Source of the DNA: Dehalococcoidia bacterium
Lineage (GTDB): Bacteria; Chloroflexota; Dehalococcoidia; Bin125
Reading direction: 5' to 3'
Assembly (NCBI GenBank): GCA_963555985.3
Contig: OY820591.1
Coordinates: forward strand, 2,432,001-2,496,000
DNA: 64,000 nt
Within the stretch, counting starts at the first letter, position 1. The number at the start of each line of letters is the position of its first letter. Below are positions 58,329 to 64,000 of this stretch, piece after piece. Made by a program: the position numbers and the translations under genes. Below the pieces are notes generated by a model. It made no database searches, was not told the DNA's origin, and worked only from the letters and a program-made list of their open reading frames with translations.

Positions 58329-59369
58329 TCACAGCGCGTCGTCGGGCAGTACCGCTGTCTTCAATACTGCCGGATCCTGGCGTGAACTGTACGCCCGATC
58401 CGCCTCGGAGAGCGCAAAGCGATGCGAGACGATTCCTTCGACCGCATCCAGCGACGGCAGCAGCGCCGCCGTGCGCCGAAACTGATCCGGGGTCGCGTTT
58501 TGCGTACCGGTGAGCGAGACCTCGCGGTAGTGCAGATCGTTCACGTCGATCACCGCCGACGACTCCGGCGGAAAGCCCGCGAAGAGATTGACCGAGCTCT
58601 GGCGGGCGGCGACCGTCAACGCGGTCTCAGTCAGTCCGTCAAGCCCGACCGAGACGATCACCACATCGCAGCCCTCACCGCCGGTCGCCTCAGCGACGAC
58701 AGCCCTGATTTCGTCCCGATCACCGCCGCAAACGACACTCGCGCCGGCAGCCGCTGCCGCTTCGCGCCGTACCTCCACTGGTTCCGCCACGACAATCGCG
58801 CCCGCGCCCAACGCTCTGGCGAGCACCACATGCAACAGTCCCATCGGGCCCGCGCCCAAGACGGCGACGCTCGCTCCCGCGCGAAAGCGGCAGGACTCCA
58901 GCGAATTCAAGACGCAGGCGGTCGGCTCGGTCAAGGCAGCGCGCTCGAAACTGGCTCCGGCCGCAAGACGCACGGCGTGTCCCTGCGAGACCAGCGGCGC
59001 CGGCAGCAGCACCTGCTCGGCCAGACCTCCGTTCGCGTTGTAGCCCAAAGTCTGCCGCGCCGTACAGCGGTTGCGCAGCCCCCGCCGGCAGAAATCGCAG
59101 CCGCCGCAAGCGATGATCGGGTAGACCGCAACCGAGTCGCCAAGCGAGACCGTCTCCACGCCCTCCCCCACAGCGACGATCTCGCCCGTGAATTCATGTC
59201 CGGGCACGACACCTGGCGCGGCGTACTTCTCACCGCGATAGACGCGCAGGTCAGAGGCGCAGACGCTCGCCGCGCGGACGGCCAGGACTGCTTCGCCCGG
59301 ACCCGGTTGGGGGTCGGGGAGTTCGCCGACGTGGATTTCGCCGGGGCGCTCGAAGATCAGTGCTCGCAT
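58329..59369 (-). CDS. Zn-dependent alcohol/sugar dehydrogenase (MDR family)
   Basis: CASD, GHE, CGGCDFC...C, GAGPMG. Confidence 0.92.
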   Translation of the reverse strand: MRALIFERPGEIHVGELPDPQPGPGEAVLAVRAASVCASDLRVYRGEKYAAPGVVPGHEFTGEIVAVGEGVETVSLGDSVAVYPIIACGGCDFCRRGLRNRCTARQTLGYNANGGLAEQVLLPAPLVSQGHAVRLAAGASFERAALTEPTACVLNSLESCRFRAGASVAVLGAGPMGLLHVVLARALGAGAIVVAEPVEVRREAAAAAGASVVCGGDRDEIRAVVAEATGGEGCDVVIVSVGLDGLTETALTVAARQSSVNLFAGFPPESSAVIDVNDLHYREVSLTGTQNATPDQFRRTAALLPSLDAVEGIVSHRFALSEADRAYSSRQDPAVLKTAVLPDDAL

Positions 59370-59435
59370 CGGTCTGGGCCCCTCTCTGCGCCCACGCTAG
59401 GGCCTATCCGGATTGATCGCCACGTCAGCCATGAC

Positions 59436-59576
59436 CCGTCATACCCGCGCTCGTCGCGGAGCCTGTCCCCGCGAAGGCGGGGATCGCTCGCCGTGATCTG
59501 CACCGTCGTAGCCAGCACGGCGAGCTTGCCCCCTGTTCAGGCCAGGGGCAAGCTGCGGCGGAGCGCGGCAATGACG
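59436..59576. repeat. Family-A double palindrome with a mini-hairpin inserted in each arm
   Basis: Aligns to 9705-9803, including the spacer ATCTGCACCGTCGT, with inserts at about 59459-59482 and 59522-59548. Confidence 0.7.
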
Positions 59577-59650
59577 AAGCTTTGATGTAAGCGCAAGGTC
59601 TCAGGTAAGGGAGAGATGCAAACGCCGGAATTCGGACTGCTGGCAGCCGG

Positions 59651-59983
59651 CTACGGCGTCAGCGCCGGTTCGGGACGCCGATTGCGCGGGCGCAGTTCGC
59701 GCTCCGGATTGCGCGCGTCGTGATACTGGCGCAGCAGCCGCGACTTGCGGCGGGCGGCCGTGTTCGCGTGCATGACGCCACGCTGGGCGGCGCGGTCGAG
59801 CGCGCTCACGGCGCGCTGGATCGCCTCGTCGGTCGTATCCCACTCGCCCGTGTCGACGCTCTCGTCAATCGCGTCGAGCGCGGCGCGGACGCTGCCCCGG
59901 GCGTAGGTGCGAATCGGCTTGTTGCGCATCCGCCGGCGCTGCGACTGGCGGAGATATTTTTCAGCGGCAGCCTTGTTGGCCAC
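59651..59983 (-). CDS. rpsT: 30S ribosomal protein S20
   Basis: AN.KAA.K..RQS.RRR.RN, LDRAAQRGVMHANTAARRKSRL; short C-terminal extension. Confidence 0.93.
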   Translation of the reverse strand: MANKAAAEKYLRQSQRRRMRNKPIRTYARGSVRAALDAIDESVDTGEWDTTDEAIQRAVSALDRAAQRGVMHANTAARRKSRLLRQYHDARNPERELRPRNRRPEPALTP

Positions 59984-60086
59984 GACAACCCCTCTTTCTC
60001 AAACGTCGCTAGCGTACCAGCCTTAGAGTGAGTGTCTAGCCGCCGCCGCAACGTGCTTCTCCGATGCCTTCGAACGAGCCGCAGCC

Positions 60087-61727
60087 ATGAGCCGCCGCGC
60101 GCCTGCGCAAGCGCAGCCTTCGTTGCCCGACTCCGGCGGATTCCTCGACTGGAGAGGCGCATCCGGGGGCATCGTCGGGGCCGTTCTCGTGATCGGCCTC
60201 TCCTTCCTCGGCTCGCGCCTGCTCGGCGCCGCCCGCGCCGTCGTGATCGCCGATCAATATGGAACCTCGGTCGAACTGGATGCGTTCTGGGTCGCCATGC
60301 GGCTGCCCGAACTCGTCTTCCAACTGCTCGCCGGAGCGACGCTCGCCGCCGCCTTCATCCCCGTCTACACCCGCGTCTTCCAGCAACGCGGCGAAAGCGC
60401 CGCCTGGCGCGTCGCCAGCATCGTCCTCAACTGGGTCTTGATCGGCACGATCGCGCTTGCCGCGATCATCTTCCTCACCGCCCACTGGATCGTGCCCGCG
60501 CTCGCGCCCGGACTGGGCGAAGATTCCGGCGTCCAGGACGCGGTCATGGCCGACGCGATCTTCCTCACTCGGGTGCTGCTGATCTCGCCGATTCTCTTCG
60601 CCGTCAGCGGCATGATCACGGGAATGCTCCACGCGCGGCGGCATTTCCTCCTGCCCGGCATTTCGCCGATGCTCTACAACCTCGCGATCATTCTGGGCGC
60701 GCTGCTCTTGCCCGCCGAGTTGGGGGTCGAAGCGCTGGTGATCGGCGTGATCGCCGGTTCCGGCCTGCACCTGATGATCCAGTTGCCGGCGCTGACGGCG
60801 GTCGGGGCGCGCTTGCGTCCGCGCCTCAACCTGCGCGATCCCGATGTGCGCGAGGTCCTGCGCCTGATGGGGCCGCGAATGCTGGGACTGGCGGCTGCGC
60901 AGATCAACCTGATCGTGCTCACCTTCTTCGGATCGCTGGTCGGTGATTCCTCGATCTCCGCGCTCAATTTCGCCTGGCTGATCCTGATGTTCCCGGTCGG
61001 CGTCTTCGGGATGTCGCTGGCCACCGCGATCTTCCCCACCCTCGCCCTGCGCGCGGTCAGCGGCGGCCCCGCCGCCGTCCGGGAACTGGTCAGCCGCTCG
61101 CTTCGCTTTAGCCTCTTCCTCGCCATTCCCGCCTCTGTGGGGATGCTGTTGTTACGCGAGTCGATCGTTTCGACCCTGCTCGAACACGGCGCCTTCGACG
61201 CCGCTGCGACGCAGTTGGTCTCCGACGCGCTGCTCTTCTATTCGGTCGGGCTGTTCGCGCACGCGGCGATCGAGATTCTCTCGCGCGGTTTCTATGCGCT
61301 CGGCGACACCCGCACGCCCGTCTCTCTGGCGGTAGGCTCGATGCTCCTGAACCTCGTGCTCTCGGCCGCGCTGGTGGGGCCGTTCGAGTTGCGCGGGCTG
61401 GCGCTGGCGCTCTCGATCGCCACGATCTCCGAAGCGCTGGCGCTCTTCGTCCTCCTGCACGTGCGGCTCGACTTCGGCCTCTTCACCCGTCCGCTGTTCG
61501 GCTCGCTAGGGAAGACCATCGCCGCGACCGTGATCATGGCGCAGCTCGTATTCGTGCTCGTACTGGCGCTGGATCAGGCCGCCGGAATCGACCCGGGTTC
61601 GCCGCTGACGCTGGCGCTGGGCGTGATCGGCGGGGGCGTGATCTACTTGGCGCTGACGCTGCTGCTGCGCCAGGACGAGGCGGAAACGCTGGCGCTCCGT
61701 GTCGAGCGGGTGCTGTTTCGGCGCTAG
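60087..61727 (+). CDS. murJ: Lipid II flippase MurJ (MviN)
   Basis: SRLLG.AR, DAF..A.RLP, AAFIPV, FPVGVFG.SLATAIFP, RGFYALGDTRTP. Confidence 0.93.
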   Translation: MSRRAPAQAQPSLPDSGGFLDWRGASGGIVGAVLVIGLSFLGSRLLGAARAVVIADQYGTSVELDAFWVAMRLPELVFQLLAGATLAAAFIPVYTRVFQQRGESAAWRVASIVLNWVLIGTIALAAIIFLTAHWIVPALAPGLGEDSGVQDAVMADAIFLTRVLLISPILFAVSGMITGMLHARRHFLLPGISPMLYNLAIILGALLLPAELGVEALVIGVIAGSGLHLMIQLPALTAVGARLRPRLNLRDPDVREVLRLMGPRMLGLAAAQINLIVLTFFGSLVGDSSISALNFAWLILMFPVGVFGMSLATAIFPTLALRAVSGGPAAVRELVSRSLRFSLFLAIPASVGMLLLRESIVSTLLEHGAFDAAATQLVSDALLFYSVGLFAHAAIEILSRGFYALGDTRTPVSLAVGSMLLNLVLSAALVGPFELRGLALALSIATISEALALFVLLHVRLDFGLFTRPLFGSLGKTIAATVIMAQLVFVLVLALDQAAGIDPGSPLTLALGVIGGGVIYLALTLLLRQDEAETLALRVERVLFRR

Positions 61728-61808
61728 CGCTCCGATCCGCAGCGGCGCAGCGCAGCGGCTCTGATAACGTGGAGCGCAGACCCTGTCCAACGATTTCCGA
61801 GAGAGACT

Positions 61809-62282
61809 ATGGCCCTGCAGGACCGCACCATTGTTTGCCGCGACTGTGGACGCGACTTCATCTTCACCGCCGGCGAGCAGGAGTTCTACGCCTCCAAAGG
61901 CCTCCAGAACGATCCTGTTCGCTGCCCCGACTGCCGCGCCGTGCGCAAGAGCACCCGCACCAGCCCGGAAGCCGACGCCGGCTATGTCCGCTACAACGGA
62001 GCCGCCTCCTTCGGCGGACGCACGCCCCGTCAAATGCACCCGGCCGCTTGCGCCAAGTGCGGCGACATGATCGAAGTCCCCTTCATGCCGCGCGGCGACC
62101 GTCCCGTCTTCTGCACCACCGTCAAGCGGATCATGTCGCTCGGCTACATGATGGATGAAATCCAGGCGCGCTGGGGCATCCGCCCCTGTCAGATTGAGGG
62201 CATCAACCAGGACCTCCGCCGCGGCTTGATCCCGCCCAAACCGGGCGTCGAGCTTCCCGATTTCACCCGCCCTCGTAACTAG
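61809..62282 (+). CDS. Zinc-ribbon / CxxC-x17-CxxC protein with an atypical C-terminus
   Basis: CRDCGRDFIFTAGEQEFY..KG..N.P.RCPDCR and CAKCG...VPF.P.GDRPVFC; the final Cys is missing and an unrelated tail follows. Confidence 0.75.
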   Translation: MALQDRTIVCRDCGRDFIFTAGEQEFYASKGLQNDPVRCPDCRAVRKSTRTSPEADAGYVRYNGAASFGGRTPRQMHPAACAKCGDMIEVPFMPRGDRPVFCTTVKRIMSLGYMMDEIQARWGIRPCQIEGINQDLRRGLIPPKPGVELPDFTRPRN

Positions 62283-62324
62283 GCGTCGCACCGAGCGCCT
62301 GTTTCCGCCCCACGAGATGACCCG

Positions 62325-62616
62325 ATGCCTCAGTCCCTGCCCCAACGCTGGGCCCGCCTGATCGGTGGACAGGGCCGCCCCAGCGCGCGCCCGCCCAGCC
62401 CCGCAGCCGTGGCCGAGCGCGTCCGCCGCTACCCGGAACGCGCCGCCCAGGCGCTCGCCGATCAAGCCCGGCGCCAAGACCGGGCCGATCCCCAAGATTG
62501 GCTCGCGCAAGAGCTGGAGCAAGCCGCCGAGCTGCTCGACGCAGCGACGCGGGCCAGGATCGCCGAGCTCGCCGAATCCGAGCTCTCCCGCCGCCTGCCC
62601 AAGGAAGCCAATCACG

Positions 62617-62624
<8 letters not shown>
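62325..62624 (+). CDS. Hypothetical helical protein overlapping the ileS start
   Basis: 99-aa ORF with high-GC3 codons; no family recognised. Confidence 0.45.

Positions 62625-64000
<1,376 letters not shown>

Noticed and set aside
62283-62616. T-box leader upstream of ileS
   Set aside because: No T-box consensus or terminator recognised; the region is occupied by a plausible ORF.

Overview
High-GC bacterial chromosomal segment. Gene content (paired and fused CaiB/BaiF CoA-transferases, enoyl-CoA hydratases, LLM oxidoreductase, amidohydrolases, type-2 IleRS, a GAAC-N4-GTAC box) suggests Chloroflexota, probably Dehalococcoidia/SAR202-like. Three Fic proteins, Uma2 paralogs, toxin-antitoxin pairs, restriction/modification genes and a repeat-propeller protein suggest a host-associated, possibly sponge-symbiont lineage; both assignments are inference. 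The backbone carries argC-argJ...argB, a UPF0182 gene, catabolic clusters, a class B PBP, murJ, mtaB, rimO, rpsT and a partial ileS. Main observations: (1) a tRNA-Sec plus a thioredoxin/NHL-repeat gene whose CxxC reads U-I-N-C through an in-frame UGA followed by a SECIS-like hairpin, which the ORF track misses; (2) a divergent CotH kinase / VTC-domain / DUF4956 module that could be an extracytoplasmic polyphosphate-kinase system; (3) many single defence or toxin-like passenger genes spliced into operons with no transposase or integrase in the window; (4) palindromic operator arrays in front of the two HTH-bearing Fic genes; (5) nested REP/MITE-like palindromes; (6) apparent specificity-segment swapping in a DNA methyltransferase and in tandem Uma2 genes; (7) an IleRS2 with a GVHH motif. 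All assignments come from reading motifs by eye; no searches or computations were run.
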